Assembly: GCA_046351595.1 (NCBI GenBank)
Contig: JAXLYE010000004.1
Location: forward strand, 904,255 to 968,254
Source of the DNA: Polyangia bacterium
Lineage (GTDB): Bacteria; Myxococcota_A; Polyangia; Palsa-1104; JAEUJZ01
Reading direction: 5' to 3'
Length of the DNA stretch: 64,000 nucleotides
A program made the position numbers and the translations under genes. Each line of letters begins with the position of its first letter. The first letter of the stretch is position 1. The notes below the pieces were generated by a model, which was not told the DNA's origin, did not search any database, and saw only the letters and a program-made list of their open reading frames with translations. Shown here piece after piece: positions 29,230 through 42,033 of the stretch.

Positions 29230-29545
29230 ATGTCGGGCGTGCTCACAGCCAGGAGGCTGCTGCGCGCGCCCGCCTACGCCATCGCCCATCCTCGCTACGG
29301 TCTTGATACGTGCGGCAGGAGTGCGGCTTTGGGGGACGGGCGTGCTCGCCGCCATAGGGCGGCTTCGCGCTCGCCTGCGGCCTCGCTCTTCCTCGCTGCG
29401 CTTCGTTAGACGTGCGGCTGGAGGGCGGGAGCTTTGTGATGTCGGGCGTGCTCCTGGCCATAGGGCGGCTTTGCGCGCTCGCCTGCGGCCTCGCCTCTCC
29501 TGGCTGCGGTTCTGATACCTGCAGGCGTGCTGCTGGTGTTCTTGC
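29230..29545. repeat. about three degenerate direct copies of a ~105-bp element, each beginning ATGTCGGGCGTGCTC and containing GCCATAGGGCGGCTT(C/T)GCGC(G)CTCGCCTGCGGCCTCGC
   Basis: Blocks at 29230, 29333-29400 and 29439-29509 are about 85% identical over 68 bp. The region has no sustained GC3 bias, so it is non-coding. Confidence 0.7.
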
Positions 29546-29747
29546 TGCGGGCGTACGGTTTGGGTGCGGAAGCGCACGGGGAGCGGTGCGGCGGCGCGGC
29601 GGCGCGGGGCGGCTCCATCACCTGCGGCGGGGGCGGTCGTCGACGGGTGTTGCGGTCGCGCACGGGGCTTTCCCGGGGGAGCGGGTTGTGGCACACAGGT
29701 TGCCAATCCCAGCCACGCCGATCGCACAAGATCGGGGAGATCTCCAC

Positions 29748-30857
29748 ATGTCAGCTTCCGTCGAGACCCCGTCACAGCCTTCGCCGCACGCCGAGGGCGA
29801 GCGCGCGCAGCAGCGGCTCATCTCGCAGCGCAAGACCGATCACATCAACCTCTGCGCCTCGGGTGAGGTCGAGTTCCGCGAGAAGGGCACGCTGCTCGAT
29901 CAGGTGCAGCTCGTGCACGACGCGCTGCCCGACCGCCACATGGACGAGGTCGATCTGACGACGGTGATGTTCGGCAAGTGCCTCAAGGCGCCCGTCATCA
30001 TCAGCGCCATGACCGGCGGCACCGACGAGGCGCAGGAGATCAATAAGGATCTGGCGCGCGCCGCCGAGGCGCTCGGGCTGGGCTTCGGCCTGGGCTCGCA
30101 GCGCGCCATGCTGGTGCGCCCCGAGACCTTCCGCACCTTCGAGATCCGCGACGTCGCGCCGTCGGCGCTGGTGCTGGGCAACATCGGCCTGGTGCAGGCG
30201 CGCGAGATGTCGACCGCGGACGTGCGCGCGCTGTGTGATCGCGTCGGCGCGGACGCGCTGTGCGTGCACCTGAACCCGGCGATGGAGCTGATCCAGCCGG
30301 GCGGCGACCGCGACTTCCGCGGCGGCCTGGACACGCTGCGCCGCCTGCACAACGAGCTCGGCGTGCCCGTCATCGTCAAAGAAACCGGCTGCGGCCTGTC
30401 TCGCAGCGTCGGCACGCGCATCCGCGCGCTCGGCATCCAGGCGGTCGACGTCAGCGGCGCCGGCGGCACCTCGTGGGTCGCGGTCGAGACGCGGCGCGCG
30501 ACCGGTGACGCGCAGCGGCTCGGCGAGGCGCTGTGGGACTGGGGCATCCCGACCGGCGCGTCGGTGGGCCTGCTCGCGGACCTCGGCCTCACGATCATCG
30601 CCACCGGCGGCGTGCGCAGCGGCATGGACGTCGCGCACGCGCTCGCGCTCGGGGCCACCGCGGGCGGCCTGGCGGCGCCGGTGCTGCGCGCCTGGAAGGC
30701 CGGCGGCTACGACGGCGTCATCGCCTTCCTTCAGCACGTCATCGACGGCGTCCGCGCCGCGACCTTTTTGACCGGCTGCCGCACCCCGGCCGAGCTGCGG
30801 CACGCCCCGCGCGTCCTCGGCTCGACGCTGCGCGCCTGGATCACCGAGGGCCGCTAG
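29748..30857 (+). CDS. fni: type-2 (FMN-dependent) isopentenyl-diphosphate delta-isomerase
   Basis: ATG 29748 is preceded by GGGGAGA. The conserved start RKTDHINLC is present, with an FMN-dependent TIM-barrel (GGTDEAQEINKDLARAAEALGLGFGLGSQRA; VKETGCGLS; GAGGTSW). Confidence 0.85.
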   Translation: MSASVETPSQPSPHAEGERAQQRLISQRKTDHINLCASGEVEFREKGTLLDQVQLVHDALPDRHMDEVDLTTVMFGKCLKAPVIISAMTGGTDEAQEINKDLARAAEALGLGFGLGSQRAMLVRPETFRTFEIRDVAPSALVLGNIGLVQAREMSTADVRALCDRVGADALCVHLNPAMELIQPGGDRDFRGGLDTLRRLHNELGVPVIVKETGCGLSRSVGTRIRALGIQAVDVSGAGGTSWVAVETRRATGDAQRLGEALWDWGIPTGASVGLLADLGLTIIATGGVRSGMDVAHALALGATAGGLAAPVLRAWKAGGYDGVIAFLQHVIDGVRAATFLTGCRTPAELRHAPRVLGSTLRAWITEGR

Positions 30858-30860
30858 GCG

Positions 30861-32018
30861 ATGCCGACCTCCGCCGATCCCGCGGCGACCTCGCCGCCCG
30901 TTCCAGGTGCCGCGCCGGGTCCCGCCGCGACGGCCTGCGGCAAGGTGATCCTGCTCGGCGAGCACGCGGTCGTCTATGGCGTGCCGGCGCTGTGCGGGGC
31001 GCTGCGCGGCGGCGCCGAGGTCCACCTCGTGCCCGGCCGCGGCGCGCTGCGGGTGCCGGCCTGGGGCGCGGTCACGCCGACGGCGGCGGAGCTGCTTGTG
31101 GAGCCCGGGGCGCCCGAGCGCAGCAGCAGCTCGCCCATCCATCTCTCTGCGGCCGGTGCGGCGGGCGACCAGCCGCTGGCGCAGGCCTTCCGCGCCATCC
31201 TCCAGTCGGTACTTGCCGCGGCGCCGGCCGACCGGGCCGAGCCGGCGCGCGCGCTCGCGGTCGACTTCGAGGTCCGCTTCTCGATCCCGACCGGCGCCGG
31301 CCTGGGCAGCTCGGCGGCGCTGGCGGTGGCGCTGGTGCGCGCGCTCGACGTGGCGCTCGGGCTCGGGCTGTCCGCCGAGGCCGTCGACGCCGCGGCGTTC
31401 GCCGCCGAGAAGGTCTTCCACGGCTCGCCCTCGGGCCTGGACCATACGGTGGCGCAGCGCGGCGGCTTCGGCCTGTTCCGGCGCGGCCAGGGGCTGGTCC
31501 CGCTCACGGGCACCCCGGCGCTACGCCTGCTCATCGGGCACACCGGGCGGGCGCGCGACACCAAGGGCCGCGTGCAGCGCGTCGCCGAGCTGTATCAGGC
31601 CGACCGCGAGGGCACCGCGGCCCGCTTCGCCCGCATCGCCGGCCTCATCGACGAGGCGGTGGCGGCGCTGCGCCGCGGTGACCTCGCCGCCCTCGGGCAG
31701 ACCATGAACCAGAACCAGGCCGAGCTCCGCCACCTCGATGTCTCGTGCCCGGAGATCGACACGCTGTGCGAGCTGGCGCTTGAGGCCGGCGCGCTCGGCG
31801 CCAAGCTGACCGGAGGAGGAGGTGGCGGCTGCGTGCTGGCCCTGTGCGCCGAGCGCGAGGCCGACGTCGCCGCCGCGTGGCAGCGCCGGGGCTTCACCAG
31901 CTTCCCGGTCACCATCGGCCAGAGCCCCAGCCCCGCGTCCGGGCCCGCACTCGATCCACGACCCGAGGGCGCCGCCGCCGAGCCGTCGCCAGCACCTGTC
32001 ACGAAAGGCCGCCCATGA
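30861..32018 (+). CDS. mvk: mevalonate kinase (GHMP kinase family)
   Basis: GKVILLGEHAVVYG, PTGAGLGSSAA and KLTGGGGGGC motifs are present. Confidence 0.85.
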   Translation: MPTSADPAATSPPVPGAAPGPAATACGKVILLGEHAVVYGVPALCGALRGGAEVHLVPGRGALRVPAWGAVTPTAAELLVEPGAPERSSSSPIHLSAAGAAGDQPLAQAFRAILQSVLAAAPADRAEPARALAVDFEVRFSIPTGAGLGSSAALAVALVRALDVALGLGLSAEAVDAAAFAAEKVFHGSPSGLDHTVAQRGGFGLFRRGQGLVPLTGTPALRLLIGHTGRARDTKGRVQRVAELYQADREGTAARFARIAGLIDEAVAALRRGDLAALGQTMNQNQAELRHLDVSCPEIDTLCELALEAGALGAKLTGGGGGGCVLALCAEREADVAAAWQRRGFTSFPVTIGQSPSPASGPALDPRPEGAAAEPSPAPVTKGRP

Positions 32019-33049
32019 CCACGCTGCACGCAGTCGCCGAGGCCAACACCAACATCGCCTTGGTGAAGTACTGGGGGAAGTGCGACCCCGAGCTCAACCT
32101 GCCGGCCGTGCCCAGCCTGTCGCTGACGCTCGACGGGCTGACCACGCGCACCGAGGTGCGGCTGGAGCCGTCGCTGGCGGCCGACGTGCTGCTGCTCAAC
32201 GGCGCCGCGACCGAGGGCGAGCCGCTGCGCCGCGTCGTCGCGCACCTGGACCGCGTGGCGCGCGCGCAGGGACTGGCGGCGCGGCCGCGGGCGCTCGTGC
32301 GCACGTCGAACAACTTCCCGACGGCCGCGGGCCTGGCCTCGTCGGCCTCGGCGTTCGCGGCGCTGACCGTGGCCGCGGCCGGTGCGCTCGTGCGCGAGAG
32401 CGGCGAGCTCCTGCTCGACGACAAGGAGCGGGGCCGGCTGGCCATCCTGGCGCGGCAGGGCTCGGGCTCGGCGGCGCGCTCGCTGTTCGGCGGGCTGGCG
32501 GTGCTCGGCGTCGGCACGCCCGGCCAGTGCGACTCGGCGCAGGCGACGGAGCTGTTGCCGCCCGAGGGCTGGCCGGAGCTGCGCCTGGTCATCGGCGTCG
32601 TCTCAGAGCGCGCCAAGGACACCTCGTCCACCGACGGCATGACCCAGACCGCGCGGACCTCGCCGTACTTCCCGTCGTGGGTCGCGGGCGCGCCCGCGGA
32701 TCTCCTGGACGCGATCCGCGCGGTGCGCGCGCACGACCTGGAGCGCCTCGGCACCGTCGCCGAGCGCTCGGCGTTGCGCATGCACGCCTCGGCGCTGGCC
32801 GCCGACCCCGGCGTCGTCTACCTGCGCGGCGCCACCATCGAGGGCCTGCACGCCATCCGGGCGCTGCGCGGCCGCGGCGTCTCCGCTTATTTCACCTGCG
32901 ACGCCGGGCCGCACCCCAAGGCGCTGACCACGGCGGCCGATGCCGACGCGGTGGCCGCGGCGCTGTCGGCGGTGCCCGGGGTGCTGCGCACGCTGGTCGC
33001 GCGGCCGGGGCAGGGCGCCCGACTGCTGCCGCCGGAGCCCGGGGCATGA
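32015..33049 (+). CDS. mvd: diphosphomevalonate decarboxylase
   Basis: ATGA overlap with the mvk stop. NIALVKYWGK and PTAAGLASSAS motifs are present. ORF 31844..33049 trimmed to ATG 32015. Confidence 0.85.
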   Translation: MTTLHAVAEANTNIALVKYWGKCDPELNLPAVPSLSLTLDGLTTRTEVRLEPSLAADVLLLNGAATEGEPLRRVVAHLDRVARAQGLAARPRALVRTSNNFPTAAGLASSASAFAALTVAAAGALVRESGELLLDDKERGRLAILARQGSGSAARSLFGGLAVLGVGTPGQCDSAQATELLPPEGWPELRLVIGVVSERAKDTSSTDGMTQTARTSPYFPSWVAGAPADLLDAIRAVRAHDLERLGTVAERSALRMHASALAADPGVVYLRGATIEGLHAIRALRGRGVSAYFTCDAGPHPKALTTAADADAVAAALSAVPGVLRTLVARPGQGARLLPPEPGA

Positions 33050-34044
33050 CCGCGCGCTCGACTCAGGCGACGGGGGCGGTGCGGGCGCCGGGCAAGGCGC
33101 TGCTCATCGGCGAGTACGCGGTGCTCGACGGCGCACCGGCGGTGGTCGCGGCCGTCGACTGCTTCGCCGAGGCACGTCTGGGCCGCGGCGAGCCGACCTC
33201 GCCGTTCATCGCCGCCGCGGTCGAAGAGAGCCTGCGCGCCCTCAGCGAGCGCGGGGTCGCCGCTGTGCAGCTGCCGGTCGGCCTGGTCCCGAGCGTCGAC
33301 ACCGGCGCCTTCTCCGCGGGCGGGCGCAAGCTCGGCGTCGGCTCCAGCGCCGCGGCGACGGTGGCGGCGGTCGGTGCGCTCTTCGACGCGGCCGGGCTCG
33401 ATGTCACCGCGGCCGCGGTGCGCGCCGAGGTGCAGGCCGTGGCGACGCGCGCGCACGATCAGGCGCAGGGCGTGCGCGGCAGCGGCGCCGACGTGCTGGC
33501 CGCGACCTGGGGCGGCGTCAGCACCCTCAACTCCCCGCCGGAGCGCGCGCTGCGCGGGGCCGGCTCGCCGCCCGTGCTCATCCGCTTCATCCCGACGACG
33601 CAGAGCGCCTCGACCGCGCAGCTCGTCGAGCGCTACCGCAGCCTGCACGCCGAGGCGGCACCGGCGCGGGCGCGGCTGACTGAGGCGGCGCAGCGCTTCC
33701 TCGACGCCTGGCACGGCCGCGATGCGGGCGCGCTGCTCGAGGCGGTGGCCGCGGCCTACGCCGGCTACGAGGCGCTCGGCCAGATCCTCGGGCGCGCGCT
33801 GATCACCGACGAGCATGCCCTTATCGCACAGGCGGCGCGGGCGGCGGGCGGTGTGGCCAAGCCCTCGGGCGCGGGCGGCGGCGATCTCGCGGTCGCCTTC
33901 TTCCCCGACGAGGCCGCGGTCGCGCGCTGCGCCGAGCTCTTGCCTTCGACCCTGCGCCTGTCCGCGCTGCGCACGAGCGACCGCGGGCTGCATCCTTTCA
34001 CCGAAGCTTCACCGAGCCTCAACTTATCCCCGTCCGGAAGGTAG
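33046..34044 (+). CDS. phosphomevalonate kinase (GHMP kinase family)
   Basis: ATGA overlap with the mvd stop. GKALLIGEYAVLDG, KLGVGSSAA and KPSGAGGGD motifs are present. Confidence 0.75.
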   Translation: MTARSTQATGAVRAPGKALLIGEYAVLDGAPAVVAAVDCFAEARLGRGEPTSPFIAAAVEESLRALSERGVAAVQLPVGLVPSVDTGAFSAGGRKLGVGSSAAATVAAVGALFDAAGLDVTAAAVRAEVQAVATRAHDQAQGVRGSGADVLAATWGGVSTLNSPPERALRGAGSPPVLIRFIPTTQSASTAQLVERYRSLHAEAAPARARLTEAAQRFLDAWHGRDAGALLEAVAAAYAGYEALGQILGRALITDEHALIAQAARAAGGVAKPSGAGGGDLAVAFFPDEAAVARCAELLPSTLRLSALRTSDRGLHPFTEASPSLNLSPSGR

Positions 34045-34048
34045 CAAG

Positions 34049-35395
<1,347 letters not shown>

Positions 35396-35465
35396 GCCGA
35401 GGGGGACTCGAAGCGGCCCGCCGTCGGGTCGCTCTGCTCCGGCGCGCCGCGGGCCCAGGGATCGC

Positions 35466-35850
35466 GCCTTGCAGACCGGTAAGTCCGCGCGCGAGCCCGG
35501 GATCGCCCTCTTCCAGAGCTGTACGTGGAGCGACGGGCTCGGAAGCGGCGCCTCCCGTCTCCGAGAGGCGCGCGGCGCGGTCGGGCGCGCGGACCTTCAG
35601 GGCCGTAAGTCGCCGAGCGAGCGCTGGCGGGAGCACTTCCCCTGCCGGAAGTCGCGAGACCGGCGCGGGAAGGGCCGCTTCCAGGGCCGTAAGTCGCCGA
35701 GCGAGCGCAGGAAGGGCCGCTTTCCCTGCTGGAAGTCGCGGGACCTCGGCCGGAAGGGCCGCTTCCAGGGCCGAAAACGGCCGATGCCGCACCGGCGAGC
35801 GGACTTACGGGCCTGTAAGCCGCGGCCCCGGGTCCGGAGCGCGGATCGGG
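35466..35850. repeat. 84-bp tandem repeat array (about 3 full copies plus a degenerate flanking copy) with internal GGCCGTAAGTC / GACTTACGGGCC inverted sub-motifs
   Basis: Copies start at 35598, 35682 and 35766 with an exact 84-bp period. Substitutions are clustered rather than third-position. No plausible ORF. Confidence 0.8.
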
Positions 35851-36004
35851 GCTGAGGGAGCGTGCGCAGGCGCTCCAGCGCGCCCTGCCTCAGGTGCGAA
35901 AGAGCACAATCGGTCCCAAGATCGCACCATCTGACCGAATTTTCCGACGGAAACCAGTGTGATCCTAGTAGTGCGATCCCGCACGGCCAGACTATCCTGC
36001 CGGC

Positions 36005-37045
36005 ATGCACGAGCTCATCCACAAGGACGGCGAAGTCCGGCGCGAGCCGGGTCTACTTGAGCCTGGCGTCACCGAGCTGCCGCCGCCGCGCGGCTGGTTC
36101 TCGATCGGCAGCGTCGAGGACACCCCGGTCGGCACGGTGCAGAACCACCGCATCGCCGGCCACGACCTGGTCGCCTTCCGCGGCGCCGACGGCGTGCTGG
36201 CGGTCGCCGACGCCTTCTGCCCGCACCTCGGCGCGCACCTGGGGCACGGCGGCCGCGTCGACGGCAACGACCTACGCTGCCCGTTCCACGGCTTCTGCTT
36301 CGACAAGAGCGGCGCCTGCACGCGCACCGGCTACAACACCCGGCCCCCGCCCAAGGCGCGGCTGCGCACCTGGCCGACCATCGAGCGCCACGGCGTCTCG
36401 CTCGTCTACTACGACCCCGAGGGCGCGCCGCCGAGCTTCGAGATCCCGGACGTCTCGATGGAGGGCTGGTCGCCGCTTCTGTTCCACCACTGGCGGCTGC
36501 GCGGCCACCCGCAGGAGACGTCCGAGAACAGCGTCGACATCGGCCACTTCCCGCACATCCACAACTACAGCGAGGTGCGCGCGCTGGAGCCGGTCGTCGT
36601 CGAGGGCGCGCACCTCAGGGCGCGCTACTCGTTCCGCAAGCCGCTGCCCGGCGTCCTGGGCCGCCGCTTGGCGCTGCACAACGTCATCGAGGTGGATGTC
36701 TACGGGCTGGGCTACTCGCGGGTGGAGGTGCACGAGCAGCAGAGCGGGCTGCGCATCCGCTCGCTGGTCCTGTGCACGCCCCGCGGCGACGGGCAGATCG
36801 ATCTGCGGGCAGCGCTTTCGGTGTACGACCCGCGGCTCGACAAGGACAGCCCGGCCTGGCTGCGGGCGGCGGCGCCGCTGGTCCTGTCGAAGGCGGCCCG
36901 CCGGGCGATGCTCATGGAGTACTGCCACGACTTGGAGCAGGACTTCGTCATCTGGAAGAACAAGCGCCACCTCGCCATCCCGGCGCTGGCGCTCGGGGAC
37001 GGGCCGGTCGGCCTCTTCCGGCGGTGGGCGCGACAGTTCTACTGA
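36005..37045 (+). CDS. Rieske [2Fe-2S] non-heme-iron oxygenase alpha subunit (KshA/PAO-type)
   Basis: Rieske motif CPHLGAHL...CPFHGF (CXH-X17-CXXH). Mononuclear-iron motif ENSVDIGHFPHIH (E-x3-D-x2-H-x4-H). Confidence 0.8.
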   Translation: MHELIHKDGEVRREPGLLEPGVTELPPPRGWFSIGSVEDTPVGTVQNHRIAGHDLVAFRGADGVLAVADAFCPHLGAHLGHGGRVDGNDLRCPFHGFCFDKSGACTRTGYNTRPPPKARLRTWPTIERHGVSLVYYDPEGAPPSFEIPDVSMEGWSPLLFHHWRLRGHPQETSENSVDIGHFPHIHNYSEVRALEPVVVEGAHLRARYSFRKPLPGVLGRRLALHNVIEVDVYGLGYSRVEVHEQQSGLRIRSLVLCTPRGDGQIDLRAALSVYDPRLDKDSPAWLRAAAPLVLSKAARRAMLMEYCHDLEQDFVIWKNKRHLAIPALALGDGPVGLFRRWARQFY

Positions 37046-37098
37046 CCTGCGGCGGGGCTGCGGCGGGAGGAGCCCGCGCGGCTCCCTCTCGAAGGGCC

Positions 37099-39495
<2,397 letters not shown>

Positions 39496-39587
39496 GCGAG
39501 CACGCCCAAGGGGCCAGCCGTCGACTCAAGACAGAGATGGGACGGCACATTATTTCACATCCTTGCCGAGTCTTTGCCCTTTTCTTT

Positions 39588-40613
39588 ATGCTGGTCCTAA
39601 TGCGCGCACCTAGCTTGCGGACACCTAGGGGAAGGGGAGGGGAGCACGCCCGGCTCGTAGCCGCGCTGGTGATGTTCTTCGTGTGGTTCTCGGGGGTTAT
39701 TCCTGGAATCGGGGGAATCGGGGGAATCGGAGGAATCGGAGGACTCTGGGGGCTCGGATGGGGCCGGGGCTCGGTCGCCTTCGCCCTGGACCGCAACTGC
39801 AACGGCATCGACAGCTCGCTCGAGGGCGTGTGCGTGGACTACGCCGGCAGCGGCAACCGCTGCGACGGCGTGGTGCGGCGGAGCTGCGACGACTTCATGG
39901 CCTCGGGGCTGGGACAGCCGGCCACGTGCTCATCGAACCAGCTGCGCGCGCCCGACCGCGACAGCGACGGCATCGGCGACGCCTGCGACAACTGCCCGGG
40001 CATCGCCAACATCGATCAGCTGGACAGCGACCAGGACAACGTCGGGGACGCCTGCGACAACTGCCCCAGCGCCAGCAACAACGACCAGCGCGACCGGGAC
40101 GGCGACCGCATGGGTGACGCCTGCGATCGCTGCCCGCTCGTGCCCTCGACGGACCAGCGCGACGCCGACGGCGACGGCGTGCCCGACCCGTGCGACAACT
40201 GCGTGCGCGTCGCCAATTCCGAGCAGTCCGACCAGGACGGCGACGGCACCGGCGACGCCTGCGACAACTGCCCGGCCATCGGCAACGGCCCGCAGACCGA
40301 CACCGATCGTGACGGCGTCGGCGACGCCTGCGACAACTGCCCGAGCGTCGCCAACCCCGGACAGGAGCCCTCGACGCTGCTCGGGCGCGACGGGCGGCCG
40401 CTCGGCAGCGCCTGCGAGTTCGCGGTGGGCGGCTGCAGCATGAGCATGGGCATGGGCAAGGGCGCGCTCGGGCCGGCCAGCTCCGCGGCCGCGGGCGGTG
40501 AGTCGACGCGCTCGGGCTGGGGCGTGCTGCTCGGCATGCTGCTGGTCACCATCGGCTGGGCCTTCAGCAGCGCGCGCCTGGTCCGCCGCTCGCGGGGCAC
40601 CGGCAAGGCGTAG
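39588..40613 (+). CDS. secreted TSP3-repeat protein with a C-terminal TM anchor
   Basis: ORF 39468..40613, with the start taken at ATG 39588 or 39600 (positively charged n-region, then [21 protein letters not shown]). About 7 TSP3 repeats ([16 protein letters not shown]...). The C-terminal anchor is [17 protein letters not shown]. Confidence 0.65.
   Translation: MLVLMRAPSLRTPRGRGGEHARLVAALVMFFVWFSGVIPGIGGIGGIGGIGGLWGLGWGRGSVAFALDRNCNGIDSSLEGVCVDYAGSGNRCDGVVRRSCDDFMASGLGQPATCSSNQLRAPDRDSDGIGDACDNCPGIANIDQLDSDQDNVGDACDNCPSASNNDQRDRDGDRMGDACDRCPLVPSTDQRDADGDGVPDPCDNCVRVANSEQSDQDGDGTGDACDNCPAIGNGPQTDTDRDGVGDACDNCPSVANPGQEPSTLLGRDGRPLGSACEFAVGGCSMSMGMGKGALGPASSAAAGGESTRSGWGVLLGMLLVTIGWAFSSARLVRRSRGTGKA
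39705..39743. repeat. 9-bp tandem repeat x4.3 (ggaatcggg) encoding [13 protein letters not shown] in the signal region of the TSP3 protein
   Basis: Read directly. Confidence 0.85.
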
Positions 40614-40683
40614 GCGCCGCCGCGGTTCGCCCGGCGTGCGGTGAGCGCGTTGAGCGCGGCGAGCGAGTTGAGCGCAGGCGTCG

Positions 40684-41898
40684 TCAAGCGGTAGGTGCCG
40701 GCCGTGCGCCGAGGATCAGCACCACCACGGTCAGCATCAGCACCGTCGCCAGGACATAGGGACGCGCCGCGCCTTGATCGAACAGGGTGCCGGCCAGCGG
40801 CGGGCCCAGCGCCCGCGCCAGCGACCCCAGCGACTGCCCGATGCCGAGCACGCCGCCCTGCTCGTGGGCCGAGCTGTCGCGCGACAAGAGCGTCGCCAGC
40901 GACGGCACGAGCAGCCCCTGACCGACCGCCAGCGCGAGCAGCACCGCGACCGTCGCGCGCAGGCTCGGCATCCACGGCAGCACGAAGAGCGCGCCGGCGA
41001 GCAGCAGTGCGCCGAGCATGGCCAGCCGCCGCTCGCCCAGCCGCCGCGCCAGCCGGCCGACGAGCAGGCCCTGCACCAGCGCCATCGTGACGCCGATCAG
41101 CCCGAAGATGCGCCCGAGCCGCTGCGCGCCGAGATCGAAGCGCTGCTTGCCGAGCAGCGCGAACGTCGACTCCATCGACACAAAGGCCAGCGTCGCCAGG
41201 GCGCCTGCGATCAGCACGCGGCCGGCGACCGGGCGCCCGAGCGCTCCGAGCAGGCGGTCGGGCGCGAGCGAGACGCGGCGCTCGCTGGGCTGGTGCATGC
41301 CTCTGGGCAGCGACTCGCGCAGCGCGACGAGCGCGAAGGTGAAGTTTAGCACCGCCAGGCCCGCCGAGGCCAGCGCCGAGGTGCGGAAGCCGAAGCGCGA
41401 CAGCTCGGCGCCGAGCCACGGCCCGAAGACGAAGCCCATGCCGATCGAGGCGCCGACCAGGCCCATGTAGCGCGCCCGCTCCTCGGGGCGGGTGACGTCG
41501 GCGACGTAGGCCTGCGCGGTGCTGATGCTGCCGCTGAACAGGCCGGCGAGCGCGCGCGCCAGGGTGAGCTGCACCAGGCTCTCGGCCCTGGCCGTCGCGC
41601 CGAACGCCAGCGCCGTGCCCGCGAGGCAGATCAGCAGCACCGGGCGTCGGCCCAGCCGATCCGACATCCGCCCGATCACGAAGGCGCCGAAGAACTGCGC
41701 CGCCGAGAACGCGCCGAACAGGAGGCCCAGCTCGCGGCCGTTGGCGCCGAACTTGAGCGCGTAGAACGGCAGCAGCGGCAGGATGATGCCGAAGCCGAGC
41801 AGATCCAGGAACACCGTCAAGTAGACGACCAGCAGCGCGGCTCGCGGCGGCGCTGCGCTGGGAACGGACTCACCCGACACGACCACACTCCCTCTCAA
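40684..41898 (-). CDS. MFS transporter (12-TM, TetA/drug:H+ antiporter-like)
   Basis: MFS signature GRMSDRLGRRPVLL between TM2 and TM3. 404 aa. Confidence 0.8.
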   Translation of the reverse strand: MRGSVVVSGESVPSAAPPRAALLVVYLTVFLDLLGFGIILPLLPFYALKFGANGRELGLLFGAFSAAQFFGAFVIGRMSDRLGRRPVLLICLAGTALAFGATARAESLVQLTLARALAGLFSGSISTAQAYVADVTRPEERARYMGLVGASIGMGFVFGPWLGAELSRFGFRTSALASAGLAVLNFTFALVALRESLPRGMHQPSERRVSLAPDRLLGALGRPVAGRVLIAGALATLAFVSMESTFALLGKQRFDLGAQRLGRIFGLIGVTMALVQGLLVGRLARRLGERRLAMLGALLLAGALFVLPWMPSLRATVAVLLALAVGQGLLVPSLATLLSRDSSAHEQGGVLGIGQSLGSLARALGPPLAGTLFDQGAARPYVLATVLMLTVVVLILGARPAPTA

Positions 41899-42033
41899 TC
41901 TGGGTTCGCATGCCTCTGCCCGCGCGGGCGCGCAGCCTGCTGCGGTCGGTCCGTGCGACTGCGCGAGTGCGCGACCTGGGATTGTAGCGGCAGCGGGCTG
42001 CCGCCGTCGGACCTCGTGGGATCTGGCGGCGCC

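Noticed and set aside
29693-29705. Possible att-like partial copy of the tRNA-Leu 3' end (GGTTGCCAATCCC versus GGGTTCAAATCCC)
   Set aside because: Only a 10/13 match with no extended identity. There is no integrase and GC content across 20.2-29.7 kb is not deviant. This is insufficient to call a genomic island.
29412-29747. In-frame upstream extension of fni beginning MSGVLLAIGRLCALACG (lipoprotein-signal-like)
   Set aside because: GC3 bias collapses after about 30 codons. The same ATGTCGGGCGTGCTC start recurs in each copy of the degenerate 105-bp repeat. The conserved IDI-2 N-terminus (RKxxHI) already sits 28 aa after ATG 29748, which has a good RBS.
35466-35830. GGTAAGTCCG motifs reminiscent of the RNase P RNA P4 region (GGAAAGTCCGGGC)
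   Set aside because: Only a 9-nt resemblance. The complementary P4 strand and the other conserved RNase P elements are missing. The motif recurs as part of the tandem repeat.
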